DNA of 64,000 nt from Dimorphilus gyrociliatus (Eukaryota > Animalia > Annelida). Each line of letters opens with the position of its first letter. Position 1 is the first letter of the stretch. This document shows, in pieces, positions 25,001-39,528 of this stretch. Both the position numbers and the translations under genes were made by a program. The notes below the pieces were generated by a model that saw nothing but the letters and a program-made list of their open reading frames with translations, did not search any database and had not been told where the DNA came from. The stretch lies in the NCBI GenBank assembly GCA_904063045.1, contig CAJFCJ010000026.1, positions 62,001 through 126,000 of the forward strand, read 5' to 3'.

Positions 25001-27555
25001 AATGAGCAACAGCAGCATATGAAGATGCATTGGAAGCGGGTGATTGCATATCATAACTGGAAGGTGCTCTCTCTAATCGGTCATTCTTAACGGGTGTTAA
25101 GCAGTTATCTTTTCTTATTACCTCATTTATGCCACTGTGCTGGTTTCGACCTGTAGCTTGAGGGATTTGTGGTAGTCGAACAGATACTGTATATTTCGGT
25201 AGGTTTGAAGCTTGGGACAAAGGACTAGCTATGCTGAGAGCATTAAACCGCTGTGCTGTTGGCCAATTACAGGCTTGGGCTAATGGACCTAATAAACTTT
25301 CAGATTGATGATCAAAAATACTTGATACGGCTGTATCCATTGCTTCATCTTGTACATTTGGGCATGGACTCTGTTCAGTTTGAGATTGTGAATTGGAACT
25401 TGGTGGAGTCGGATATAGTGAATCCATATTGTTATGCTTTTCATCTGTTGGAGTAGGCGAATCAGAGTCGTCACTTTCAAATATATTTTCCAAAGCCGTG
25501 AAATCGCTATGCTGCTCCAATGTATGTTTGACTCGCTCCTCCTCACCAAATGGTGATAATGCTGTTTGTGAAGGCTGAGGCGACGGCGAGGGAGATGGTT
25601 CAGAAATTTCGCTATCAGATTCGCCGTAGTCTCTTCTCAGTCTTTTTAGCGGCAACGCTAGAAAAGCACTAACATCTTCGAAGTTCTGCATGTTTTCATC
25701 ATTTAAGAATCCATCTTCTGGGGGAAATCTCTCTTTTAGAACAGGCATCATTGCATCTTGAAAAGGATAATTTTTGACAAATGGGGAAGATGGTGCACAA
25801 AGCGACGGTGGTGACTCTAGTGTAGAAGGAGTTTCATGTGGTGTTATCGGTTGGGTATTATTAACGCTTGGTGTTGGAGTGTTGCTGCTGAACGTTGGAA
25901 CTGATGGCGATTTTGTGTAAGGCGTTGGTGGGCCTGCTGTATTTGGGGGAAGTTGAGCGGAGGGCACAGCACCAATGAAATCTATATCACTAGGTATCAT
26001 TTGATCAATATGCTGAGTTCGAACATGAAATGCTATTCGTTGAGGAATTTTCTGTCTACTTCTTTTCCCCTCTGGCGATTTGTTCATACTTTTCGTGGAG
26101 TTACGCTGCCGTATTCTATTACATAGGCAATTGCTTTTAGCAGTTGGATCCATATAATCCCAGTTTGCAGGGTTACTTTCTTCTGGATTGGGCATTTCTC
26201 GCAATGGTGTCATTGAAGCATCACGCCAAGCTTTAAAGCAGATCTTCATTCCACATTCTGCAGCGCCCTCAACCCTGATTGGGGCTGGAGTCATGCCTTG
26301 ACTATCAGATAAAATCGAAAAGCTTGACTTTTGTGCTTGATCTGGTGGACAAGGGGTACAAGGCGGAGAATAAGCCAATATTGGCGGTGGCTGAGGTGCT
26401 GACGAATTATTGTATAATGTTGTTGCAGCATTCTCTGTTAGAACAAAGCAAGACGGATATTTTAAACGGGTACCCGCAACGACCACTTCAACAAATAGAG
26501 GTGGTTTAGAGCTATCATCTCTGTCGAACGTATCATCAATGTAGAAATGTTCTTTCCATTCGTGAAGCATTCTATGTATCCTAGGATCTCCTTCACGAAA
26601 TGCTGCACCAGTCAATGTACCTGCCATGCCATATGGCGCCAAAAGGACGGATACTTGCTGAGGATCTTGCTCAGCAATTAGTAGGTGATGCGCATGCAGT
26701 CGATATAGAATAGGATGTTGGCGAACATCTACTGATGCGCAAACTGTACTTTCTCCGTGTAAGAAAAAAGAAAAAGAGAATGAAAAATGGACACTTTTGT
26801 CTGGTTCCGTCACATCTTGAGTGTAAGGATGAAGAAACCATTTACCGATCCTTACAAAACCTTGAGCGATCAAATGTCTGAAAAAAATTTCATTTCAGGC
26901 AATTCCGTCAATGTTAATACATTGAAAAATTAAACTAATAATTATTTATTTAACCTATATATTTTTACACATTCTGTAAACGTGCATATTATAAAGAAAA
27001 ACTTACTTTTCTATAAGGTTGTGAATTGCTTTAAACAGAAGGATCCTGCACTGATAATTGAATTGGTTTCCCTGATCTTGATGCTCCCATTGACCACTTT
27101 CTTCATCTTTTAACTGGAATTCAGCTCGAATTCCTGGCAAATGGTGAGGCTGATCTTTGTACCAAAATACCCATAACTCTTTCTTGCCATTAAGAAGGGG
27201 GTTTTCAGTAGAATAATCATTAGGATCTATGAATCTTGTAGTTCTTTTCCAAACACATAATAATTCCTTACTAATCCCACGATTGTAAGCTTTTAAAATC
27301 GGGTCTTCCAACGGATCCTGGTACCGCCTCTGATTTGGCGCCACCAATTTACACCAACGAATACCATCTAATTCCGTCTGTGGGAAAGATAGAAATTACA
27401 TTTCAAGACGAATGTGATAGTTTTTAAGAGACAGAATTACAAGAGTATTTAAAATCATTCCACAAAAACATTCGATTACTTACGAGCGCAAATAAATTAG
27501 TGTAGCAATCTTCGAGGCTGCAGCCGTTCACCGTTGTGAGCGGTCGGCTCATCAT
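22045..27555 (-). CDS. MED13: Mediator of RNA polymerase II transcription subunit 13
   Basis: N-terminal [15 protein letters not shown] and KELLCVW; LYPTPPS motif; [20 protein letters not shown]; GPLTWKDFH; last exon [14 protein letters not shown]...RRSCLPVH with TAA at 22045. Confidence 0.97.
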
Positions 27556-30030
27556 ATAGCCATGACCTGTTTAACTAATTAATGCTTCTTCTGTCGCATT
27601 TCTGCCTGATGATTAAACCATTTCCGACGCTGTATACAAATTTGTCTATAATTTCAATGAATATGGCGACTACGCTCGTCATGGCGTAGATTTCGTATCG
27701 ACTTTTTAAATCGTCTTATATCGATTCGATTATTTCTTTAAAAAATATTGTTCATCAACCATTAAAAGTAGTTGTAATAAACGAATCACTTAAAGTCTTT
27801 TACTAGATCTACTAATAGAAAAAAATATTACAAAAAAGATTTCATTCGTATGAAAACTCACTAAATCGATTGTTTAATTTTTTATGATCGAGTCAAATCG
27901 ATATGAAGCGTTTATTGGCACGGCGAGTGTTTTCCCTATATTTTATGGCGGTACATATGAATAATTTTGTTACAACTAGATGACGTTTTCTTCTGAAAAA
28001 ATGATAAATTTGCTACAATTTGTTTTTTATTTTAAACTTATATATTAGAAATTGATATAATTTTTGAAATTTATTATACGAAATGGAGCGTTTCTACCGA
28101 ATGTAAACAAAAACACTTTTGTATTTGCAGCAGACAATTCCACCATCTATAACCATGCTGATGGAATTTTAGAAAGGCATTAAATTACCTATGCTGTTTT
28201 GCCGTATAAATCGCTCGCTAATTTGGTAGTCTTACTAATATGTTCATATTCTTTGAAAGTTTAAAATAATTGTAAATTTATTTTCTTTAAATTAGTAATC
28301 ATGAATGACCGGATCATACTACTTTTTAAAATTTAACTGCTCCCAGTTAATGTATAATATAAAGAAAAAAACAAGCCAAAGCTATTATTAAGATAATATT
28401 CAGATGAAAGAGTTTGCTAAAGAGAATATAAATATTTATTACATAAAAGTAATACTTAGAATGGATTTATTATATCATTTTTATATGTCTTTAAAAAATC
28501 GATTCCGCTTAATATATTTTGATGGAATGATATTATATTTATTATGAAAATAACAAATTTATACAAAATTTAGTATTTGAAATACTAAGTCTATTGTAAA
28601 GTGGAAAAATGAAACCATAGTGTCACTTTTATAAACGACTCGCAATTCGATCATATTAATTATTTGAGAGACGTTCTTAAAGGAAATGCATTTTTAGAAT
28701 ATAAGAGCTTAAAGGGATTTTCATGTTTTTAAATCTTTTAAATCGAACTCTATCTACGATAAAACCTATCGATCATCATTCATTTATCTAAATGTTTATG
28801 AAGATTCTTTGAATTTTATCTTATTTAGTATACTTTAACTATATATCAAAGGAAATTTTGTACTCGTAACTATCATTAACTCAGCTTAGCTCTTGTCATG
28901 AGGTCTTTCCATAATCTAAAATTACTGACTGGAAGCTATCCTGTCTGAAGATAAACCTTGGGATGGATAGAAGTATATCTTTTAGGATTAATTTGGACTA
29001 AAGTTTCCGATTCATTTTCTTTTTAATCTAAGATAATCTAGTGACTTATAGATTCTCAAAATCTAAAAAGATTAATGATTATTATCATACTAGAAAATGA
29101 CTATACAATATTATGACATTAGTTGATAAGGATTCATTTTCTGTGGAAAAAACTATATTTTAGTAATAAATCTTGGTAAATAGGAATAGACAGCAAATTT
29201 TTTACTCTTGTCCTAAAGCTAACGATTGTCTTTATTTTAGATTAGAAATTAATATTAAAGCCATTTCATGATTTATTAGAACAATCTTCAACAAAAAAAA
29301 GCAACAGATAAATAATATTATTGTAGTTTTAAAATGTTATTAATATTTATAAAAATATTTCATTTTTTTTAGTTGTTCTTTTTTTCTTTTTTTTTTTATT
29401 TAAATCGAAGAATGTTCTATTCCAATTCTATATTATAAAACATTTATAGCTATCAATTTTCAATTAGTCACAGTATCAGCGTATATCACGATTAGTTAAA
29501 AAGATTAAATGTAATGGTGCTTAAAAATGATTTTAATTAGATATTTTTAAAGTCTTCTAAATTGTACTTTCTAATTTGTTTAGCCTACACCAAAATTATA
29601 GCGATAAATGAAGGTAATAAATAGTTGGATATACAACATTTACTGACAAAATAATTATAAAGTTGTTTTGTTAGAAAATTATACAACGGGATAAAAAACA
29701 TTGAAAATTTCTTATGCTCTTTATTCTTTTGGCAGTAGAATCGGAAAATTTTAGTTTTATTTTTTTGCCTAAGAACAATTAGAATTACGGGCTTATTTAT
29801 TATTACTTTTGAAAATGTAGGTAACGTTAAGAAGTTTAACAAAAAATGCATATTTGCAGAATAATACAATGGATTAAGACTTACTCATTGAGAGTAAAGC
29901 GTATACTTTAGTAATACTCACTGAACGAAATGAGTTGCTGTTCTTAATACAGTTTAGACTTCCCCATCATGAAGGCGATTTAAAAACATCAGATGACAGC
30001 TAACCTATCAGTAAACAAAGGCTTAAGAAA

Positions 30031-33000
30031 ATGAATTTAGTTCATTTAGCCATCTGTACTGCCGTATTTTGGTGGTTTTTGTTTAGGTAAGATTCCTGAC
30101 TTAAATATTAATTTTGCAGATGAAAATTTTTTTGAGCGATAATGTGCAAATATATATAAAATATAAAAAAAGGCTCAATGAAAGCTTTAAAAGTAACGAT
30201 TTATTGATTTTTTTAAATAAATAGGTTTATTTGCTGGTGTATCTGTAAAGCATCTCAAAAAATTAATCTTCGGATTAATTATGTGGGCTTATGTTCTGTG
30301 GGAAAAGTATCATTCAAGTTGAATAAAAAAGTCCATGTAGTAAGTTATTCTAAAAAATTTCCTATTATTCGATGTTATTTACTTTCATCTGAAGGAAATC
30401 GGTCATATCTGGTTCGATGTCCAAGCAACATTGTAAGTAATAATATTTCAAAAGCATTTCTATAATAATTAAATTGTCTGTTTATTTACATTTTTTATAG
30501 GACTCAATGCGCCCTGAATATATCCAATGTTCAGCTTGTGATTCAGAGAGAAGCTGACTCTGAAGAACAAAAATATAGCTCAGTAACAAGAGAAGCTGTT
30601 GCATCCACGATCGAGTCATTTGTCAATCGTGCGACTCTATATGCAAGGGTAAATATATATACATTATATATATAAAGATAAAACTTTTCAGCAGGTAGTA
30701 AATTGTGTTACTTATAGTATTTTAGTATCAAATTCTTGAACGTTGTTGTTGATGTACATGATCAATGTGAGTATGATGTGTCTACGAGATGCACAGTATC
30801 TGATATCATTGTTTATGGACCAAACTGGACGAGAGAAAACATTAATGTGGTCGGCTATGTTACTGACTGTGAAATTACAACCATGTTTACCGTAAGTAAC
30901 ATACTTTTGCTTGCATAACTCTAGATATCAAGATAATATTTTTACAGCCTTCGAATCGCCTGATTCCAACAGCTAGTACTAAACTAACTTTTAGTCTTCG
31001 GGTAAAAATGAGCTTAAACCGAAAATGTTTTCTCCCAGCCTCTGTAAGATAATGATAATTTCTACCTGTCCTAATATTTTTAATACTTTTCTTCTCTACA
31101 AAGCATCTTCGTTTAGATTTTGATGACGTAACATTGTTAAGAAACGAGATTGATAATGATTTAAATACTGAATTAGAACAAAAGACGGATGATAATCCCA
31201 AATCCATGGATATCAAAAAGATATTTGATTTTATTGCATATTCATTTGAGGTTGATCTTTGTAAATTAAATTTTCAACTATCACTGCTAATGATACCCAT
31301 TTATGCCTATATAGCTAGTCAACATAAATATGAAGAACGCCCATCTGAATATTCTAGTCAATGAACCAACATACCGATGTCTGCAAATAAACATCCCATT
31401 CCTATCTACAGTTTATGATTCAAAAGTTTTACCTAATCAACCAACTGGTCATGCAGTTTATTGCTGGTCTAAATGTAAGTTATACAACGGTATAGAATAC
31501 ACTATTGAAATGATTTTATTCTAGCTGTTTCATTATTGTCTGGAGAAAAAGTTATGCTATCAACCGAAGGAATAACAAATGTTTTCACGGTATGGCCCTG
31601 TTATTCTTTTCATTCTTGAAAACAAAAAGTCAATTAAATCATTTTTATTCTTTTCAATTAAATTATTAGTATGAAGAAAATGAAATAAGACTTACGCCAG
31701 AATTAAATATGTTGAAGTGTGATTTTCTAATTAAAGATTTTGAATTTTGGCTATCTTTGGTAATAAAGAAGTTTAGAGGAAAGGGTAGAGGTAGCCGTCG
31801 AATTTCACTTGATAAGTATGTTCCTCTATAATATTTAGTTGACAAATTCAATTTAAAATTTGAATGTTTCAGTTCGCTGACACTTTTAGAAGATAAGAAG
31901 CTACTTCGAAAATTTGATTTGAGATATAAACTCAAGAATTGTACAATAGCTTTTTATTCCCATTATGAAAATAGCAATGGTCTTGCTTTCTGTATATCTG
32001 ATGTTGAGGGAAGATACCAAACAGCGCCTGGTTTGTTAAATACTGAACTAATCCTTCCATTATTATTTATCTTCTTTTTCATGTTTTAGCTGAGGGAACG
32101 TCTATTCCATTTATGATTAAGAAATTTGAATTAGACTGTCAATTATTTTTTGTGAAAATGATAGAAAATAAAACAGATGTGATAAATATGAAGTCATATT
32201 CAAGATTTAAACATCAATGGGAAACTATATTGTTAACAAATATTTTTCTATGCAGAGTTTGTACTCTAAACAATACGATTCGCGGTTATTTCATCGATTG
32301 ACTTTTTTACTTTTTTTTTGTTCATTCCAGATAAATTGCAATAGGAAAAAGAAAAACGTAATATTAAAACTTGACCATCAAGAAATTGAACTTTCAACTG
32401 AACTATTTGAAATTTTATCTGACTTTTGTGGACCAATTCGTCGATTACTACTTTTAGTAAGAAATTCATCCGAATATACGAAAGATGAAGTCGCGATAGT
32501 GCCCACAATTGTACAATGTAATATTAGAGATATATATATTTTGCTTCTTTCAAGAGAAAATCAAGGTAAGGAAGAAGAAAATTACTAATATTTATATTTT
32601 ATAGTATAATTGTTACGATAGTTATGAAATACGCCCAAATTGCTGAATTTAATGCTCGCTATGGATCCAATGGTATAAAAGGTGAAGCGAGAGAAATATC
32701 AGTCTCTTATGTAAGAAATCCAGAAAATTTTGAAGTTAGTAACCAATCTAAACTAAACAAAATAAATGTTTTTTGAATAATCATATAACATAATAGGCTT
32801 ACAACTTAAGAGACAATACCGAAATGAATTATGTCTTAAAAACAACAGGATTGGTATTAGAATTATGGTTTACAAACGGATTTGTAAGTTAAATTTATTA
32901 TACATGTTTTCTTTTCTTTCTGTTTTAAATACAAACTATGTTATTTTCAGAGTTGTATTGTTTCCACACCAATGAATGCTAATTTACAAATAGAATTATC

Positions 33001-36000
33001 AATGGAAAAATATCTGACTCTGATGCATATTGCAAAAAAATTTCAAGATTTTACGACACTAATGATTAAAACAGTTGATAGTATGTTATTTAATTCAATT
33101 AAATTCTTGCTAAGTAAATAATTTTTTATTGTATTTTTTAAAAAAAAAAATAGTTTCTAGATCTCGAATTGTGTCAGCTCCGCCAAATGTGAATACTAGA
33201 AAGAAGGCGTTTGAAATATCATTTAATCATACAGGACCTGGAATATTTAATCTAATTACATCAAAATATCATAAGTAATTTCTTTTTTCTTGTTTTATAA
33301 TTAAATAAATAATTCTTTTTCCCTTTTTTAATTTACCTCAGATGTACGATAAATTTGTATTCCCTTCAAGTAAAATACGGTGGAACATCGCAAATTATTG
33401 AAATGATCTGTTATAATTTTGTCATACATTTCGACGATAAACGTATTACCTCTATTCCGGTTTGTATCGAGTTTACATTCTCATTTAGAAATTCTTAATC
33501 ATTATACTATTTATTAATTCAACGCAGAATTTTTCTGTTACGTATCAAAAGACTTGTGATATATCTTCTCAACAAAAACGCGTACAAGCAAAATCATTGT
33601 TAAAAACAGAAAAATTAAATTCAACTTTATCCATTGTTATACCAGCTATAGATATAACATTCCCGTATAATTTCAATTTTGCAAGTTGTTATCAAGATGT
33701 AAGATAATCTATTAAATATTTTAATCTTATTAATTATTAATATTTTTTTTCATATTTGAAAGCTGCTTAATTTGAGAAAAGCCCTAAAGAAAATACGATT
33801 TACTGAGCCGCCAATAGTTCAGGATGAATACATACCTTTTGATTTGGATATTAAGATTAAAGTATAATTTTTTTTTAGATATAAATATACTAAATTGAAA
33901 TTGTTTATTTTTCAAAAGGATTTCACACTGTCTCTTGAGGATGAACAAGATCGAGAAGTTAGAATGGATTATAATTATACGGTATTACGGTATATATTCT
34001 AGGGGCTTTTTTATAATAAAATATTAATTTTTTTCCAGCTAATGAGAGATGAATTTATTGAAGGATTAAAACGGCTTCATCTACTACAGGAAAAAATAAG
34101 TGAGGCAGAAGGACGAGTGACAGGTGAAAATAGAGATCTTTCCCTGATTCATCTTTAAGGTATAAAAATAATTTGATTTGTTGCAGGTGAAAGAGTTGAT
34201 GAACTTTTTAAGCAGCTACACGAAAAGAATATTCGATTATTTATTGACCGAGCCCGGCAAATTCATAAAAAATGTCGAATAGAGCAACTAATACGACCAC
34301 TTTTCAAGTGGCAAATGACAAATATATCCATGGCTTTCATGTGTAGTGAAGCTATTGCAAGTCGAATATATCTAAAGAAAGAGGTGGGCAAACTAGAGGA
34401 ACTAAGGTTGGTAGTCAATCGAGATTCCGGTTGCTAATAATATTAACCTTTGTCCTTTTAAAATTCTAGTGGTAGTAAATTACCCAAGAATCAGGATTTT
34501 GATACATTGATTGGACGCGTAGTCGATTTTAGTGTGTCAAAATGGGTATTTAATTTTAGAGACATAACAATGAATTGGTTATCATTGGAAGACTTTAGAG
34601 TGAGAGGTCTAGCTATCCTTAGTGAAGATGCCGCATCAGAACAATGTATACTGTATATTATTTTATATGGAAGAATAGCTATAATTATAATCTTTTATTT
34701 TACAGCTCAAAGGGAGCTTATCCTGCCTTTAGAAAAACCTTGGAAGGATATTCATATTAAACGTAGTTTAATACCAATAAAATTTAATTATAATTTTGAA
34801 TCAAGTACGTGATAATCTTTTTCAAACAAATTTATATTTTAATACTCTTGCAGAAGTGAAATTATTTACAATGGCTTATGGACCCAATTGGGAACCTATC
34901 ATGCAATTCTTTCAGCAAAGCATGAATCTGATCAATGCTCCATCTGTCGATCCAAGCCCACCCTTGCCGTTTTGGGATAAAATCCGTTTATACTTTCATG
35001 GTGCTTTTTCATTAAAAGCTGCTGAAATGAAATGGCTCTATCACGCCAGCTTTGACCCTTTAAATGATACAGAAATTTTAGACTGGACATGGTCTGATGT
35101 AGAATGGATATTAAAAGGTTTTATTTGCTTAAATTAGAATTATTTATTCAGTAATAAAGGCTTAAAATATTAAGACACGTCTAAATTTAATGGAACCTTG
35201 GACATTTATGCCAGAACTGCATCTAAATATGAAGAATGTAGACTTTTTCGTTTTCCTCGATTAGAATTGACGTAATTTATATCCTTTCAAATTGAATGAT
35301 AATTAATTAACTTTGCTTGTATAATTTAGACTTAAACTAAACTGGATATGTTTGTCGGGGAACCCAAATGATCATCATTCTGTTAAAAGAGTTGCACCTG
35401 AGAAAATTTCTGATTTGAAGGTATAAATTAATTAATTGTATTGTTTATAGTTACAACGCTTGCGTTAAACAATTATTTTTAGACTTATGACGCTTTTAAA
35501 TACTTTCGATCGTCGAACGTTGACGTTGAATTGAACGCTGAAGTCAAGTCATCGGAAAGTACACAATCTCGACTATGGTCTAATACTTTAAGATGGTTTG
35601 AAAAATTTTTGGTAAACAAAAAATGAAATATTTTAATAAGATTAAAGAAGAAAAAATTATTCACGTATATGTTAATTTGTAGGTTTGTCTTAAAAAAGTT
35701 GCTGTACCTATACGTCGCGGTAATTTATTCGGAGGTCGACCCAAGAGAAAATTACAGTTAACCCGACATATACGGTTGTTATCATTTTGTTAAATAAATC
35801 GGTCTTGTGTGAAATTTTTTTATTAAACCATAGAAACATAAAAGTGAAAGTTGCACTGGAAAAATACCACCTTGTTCATTTTTCATCATCAGCAAAGAAT
35901 TGTGGATTTGAAGCATCTACTAAAAGTGTCAGTATTGATTGTGAGGCAACTTTGAAACTTGTGCCGTATAAAGAAAATCTAATTCGACGACCAGCTGCAG

Positions 36001-39000
36001 TATGGAGTGTAAATAAAATGTCTATTCAAGCTTCCGGCTTGGAAGTTCGTTTATGTGGACGAGCCAAGAATCACTTGTACAAACGAACATATTTACTTAT
36101 AGATCGGTATATTGAGCAAATTCAATAATTAGCGAAGATATTATAGGCTTTATAACTTTTCAGTCTATGTTATGAAAGGGGAATAAATTACGTTGAAACT
36201 GAAGACGCGGAAGATCCTAATAATTATAATCAAAGGCTAACAGTAACAAATGACGAAAAACCTAGAAAACCAAAGCACTACGTTCAAGTTTCTGGTGTAA
36301 AAATGGTGTGGTCTGTCGATAATCGGCAGATTTTCATGTCGTGAGTGGCGATTAAACTCTAGTTAATATTTAACTAATCCATATTTCTACTAGTCTTATA
36401 GATGGTTATATGCGTGCCCAAAGTATAAAAAAGAATCTATCGAGTGATGCTCTAAAATTGAGTAAGAGAGAATATAAAAGATATCATGTAAGTTTTTTCC
36501 CAATATATCAATATAGTAAATACATAAGAAAATATATTAGACGCGTCTAATATATAAATTTGTATGGAGAGCAAAAAATACAACCCCAACTTTTTAGAAT
36601 ACAACTTTACTTCGCAAATCTCCATCTGAATTAAAAGAAGGAAAAATCTCTTTTGAGGAATCTTATGGAAGTACCATGTTAAAAAAATTAGTTTGCGAGA
36701 GAGAGAAACATTTTGTTGCTGTCCACGAAGAGATGAGCGAAAGAAAGACGGTTGTTAAGGACGAATTAAAGGGCTTAAAAGCTTCAACAATGGATGATGT
36801 TAGTGAAGTATCTTGGCACATAGACGTTGAGAATTTTCAGGTTCTTCTTAAGGGATTAGAGACTTGCGGCTATGTGATAACAACGGCAAAGGAAGTCGAA
36901 ATAGTTTCATCTCAACACCAACCAGTCTGGATTAAAAATAAGCTTCATTCAAAAACGTCATTAAGAGCTACAATGGAATGCGTGCAATACTTTGCTACTG
37001 TGGAAAAGAATAGAAACATTAAAGCCAATGAAGCTTGCCACGTTGTTTGGTTAGAATCATCCCACATAACTGCACCTTTTTCGAATATAGTGCCCACGTA
37101 CGAAAAACTATTAGTTTATTCTCCCGGTACAAGAGCTGGTTGCGTTATTCAGGTTGGTCTTAAAATAAATAACCTTTTTAATCTAATTTTACCTAAATTA
37201 TTTTTATTACTACAGAGTGATACAAACCAGACTTTCAACTTGCAAAGAATAATAGAAAGATGCAAGTGTGATTGTTATTACATAACATACGAACCAATGG
37301 AAGATGTTTCCGATGCAAAACCACCAGTTGTCAGTTTTTCCGTTTTCAATTAACTTTCTAATTAAATATTCTAAATTGTATTAAATATAGGAAACGTACG
37401 ACGCGTTTAAAGAGGACAAAGAAGAAGGCGTAGATACGCTTACTATTCTACATCATGATTTAGACATTTCAGCCAGCTCTGTAAGTTCAGAAAAAAACCA
37501 ATTTAAATATCAAATTTAGAACAAGTTTTTTTTCTCTTGCAGCAACAATACGAAATTGTTATGGATATTTTAAATAACTTGTTGCTGTATATGGAACCAA
37601 GACAGAAGACTTTATTACAAAAACAAAAGAATTTACGTTTCGCTATGGAATTATCTACTGAGGATCCCAAGGAGGAGGTACTTAAAAAACAGGAACTCAT
37701 CAGAAGACTCCTAATGTCCTTGCGTGGTATGGAACGGAAATTCTATTTAATGCTTAAAGACGCTGAGAGAGGGAATGATCATCGCGCAAATGACGCTCTT
37801 ATAGGAATGGAATTAAACATAGAAGATACTAAAGAAAAATTGTATGAAGAAAACGAAGCTCTAAAGACAATTATTAGGTCTCCATTTAAATAGTATAACC
37901 TATAAATATTAATCTATTCATTTTGACAGCTATTACAAAGAAATCAAAATGAAGGAGATAAAAGAAAGAGAACGCAAAGCAATGGAAGAGAAAACGCGAT
38001 GTGATACGAATCATCAGCAAGGTAAATTTTCATCCAAAGAAATTGCTTCGTATTAAATATTTATCAAATATATTACTTTTATCTTTATTTTTAACTCAGC
38101 ATATGAAGTAAGTATAGCTAGGCGTTACGAAGTTTGTTTTACTCATGCCTTATGGAGGATGGCGGAGGAGGATGGGCAAATTGGTATTGCAGACTTAACT
38201 CTACATGAGTTTCTGTAAGATATAGAAATATATTCAGATCGGTTATATATTTCGAATGTAAAACTTTGATATTATTAACAGTTATACGCGTATACATAGA
38301 GAAGATGATACGGGTGAACATAAACTTGAATTAGGCTATGTGCATATAAAAGCTCCTCAGCCAGACGCCGTTTATCAGGATGTTCTAAAGGCTACTCGTC
38401 TCAGGGAAAACCAACGGGAGCCCCTTCTAAGAATCTTTTGTCAATATCAGGGAGCCGTAGGCGGTATACCCGTTAAAGAACATTTTGAAGTTAATATTGT
38501 ACCATTGACAATAAGCATATCGAATAAATTTGCAACAAAAGTTCAACAATACTTTTTCCCTAAGAGGAAAAGAATAACCATTCCATCAGACCTTGTACTC
38601 TTTGGTTAGTTATTTAATCTCAATTTAAATATATTATACAATCGTTAAATATTTTATATCTAATATAATAGACCTTTTGGAAACGGAACAACTACCACAG
38701 AGTATATGTGTTGACGAAAGGTTAGCTCATTTTGAATCTGCAGAAGATGTTAGTCAGGAGAGACCACCCGCGCCTGTCTCAGGGAAAAAGAAGAGTAAAT
38801 CAAGTAAGAAGGGGAAAGATGACGTCAAAGTGATGATGGTCTGTTGCTTTAAGTTTTCTTATATAACATTTATTTTTAATTAAGTTACTAGTAATTTATG
38901 AATTCTTTTAAAATATTTAGGAAAGAGCTGAAAAGACGAATATGTTTGCTTATATTAAAATTGGAGAACTACCACTTGTTCTTAGTTATAAAGGATCAAA

Positions 39001-39467
39001 AGAAAAAAATTTGTCCGATGTAAGCGATGTTCAGCTGCTTATGCCTTCTTTAGAATATCGCAACAAAACTTGGCTGTGGTTAGAATTGTTAAATGCAATG
39101 AAAACCGAATATAAAAAATATTTAATATCTCAAGTAAGGATTTGTTCATTTGTATTGAAAAGAAAATCCAATCTTTAAGAGAATATTTTCATAGGTTCTT
39201 CGTCAAAAGTTACGTTTAAGACCACGATTCGTTGAGCCACCCAAGACGGGTGAACAGCAGGAAGATAAAGCGCAATTATTATTGGGGAAAAGATTTTTTG
39301 TAAGTAAAATAAAACCAGCTAACTGTGCCTTTTAAAAATAACTTTATATTTTAAACTAATCTTTTTTAACTCGTTATTATCAGCTAACCGCTTCTGAAAG
39401 GAAACGATTGCTTAGAAATTCAATAGAGGGACAATCTTCTAGTTCCTCCTCCCCGTCGAATTGTTGA
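30031..39467 (+). CDS. BLTP2: Bridge-like lipid transfer protein 2 (KIAA0100/hobbit/Fmp27), many small exons
   Basis: N-terminal anchor exon MNLVHLAICTAVFWWFLFR; YGPNWEP...DPSPPLPFWDKIRLYFHG; GNPNDHHSV; Apt1-like C-terminus YIKIGELPLVLSYKGSKEKN..LEYRNKTWLW and EDKAQLLLG; TGA at 39465-39467. The span fits a protein of roughly 2000+ aa. Not every internal exon was checked. Confidence 0.9.
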
Positions 39468-39528
39468 AATTTAGAAATAATTATTGAAGAACCAAAGAAG
39501 TAAAATCTGAAGTAATCAGCAAATTATT

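Noticed and set aside
35272-35330. ATATCCTTT resembling a U12 5' splice site in BLTP2
   Set aside because: A GT donor a few bases upstream with an AG acceptor already gives the conserved in-frame sequence.
36676-37353. Hydrophobic stretches in BLTP2 and SPPL3 ORF fragments as extra TM segments
   Set aside because: They are stop-free AT-rich introns read through by the ORF finder, e.g. VGLKINNLFNLILPKLFLLLQ is bounded by GT and AG.
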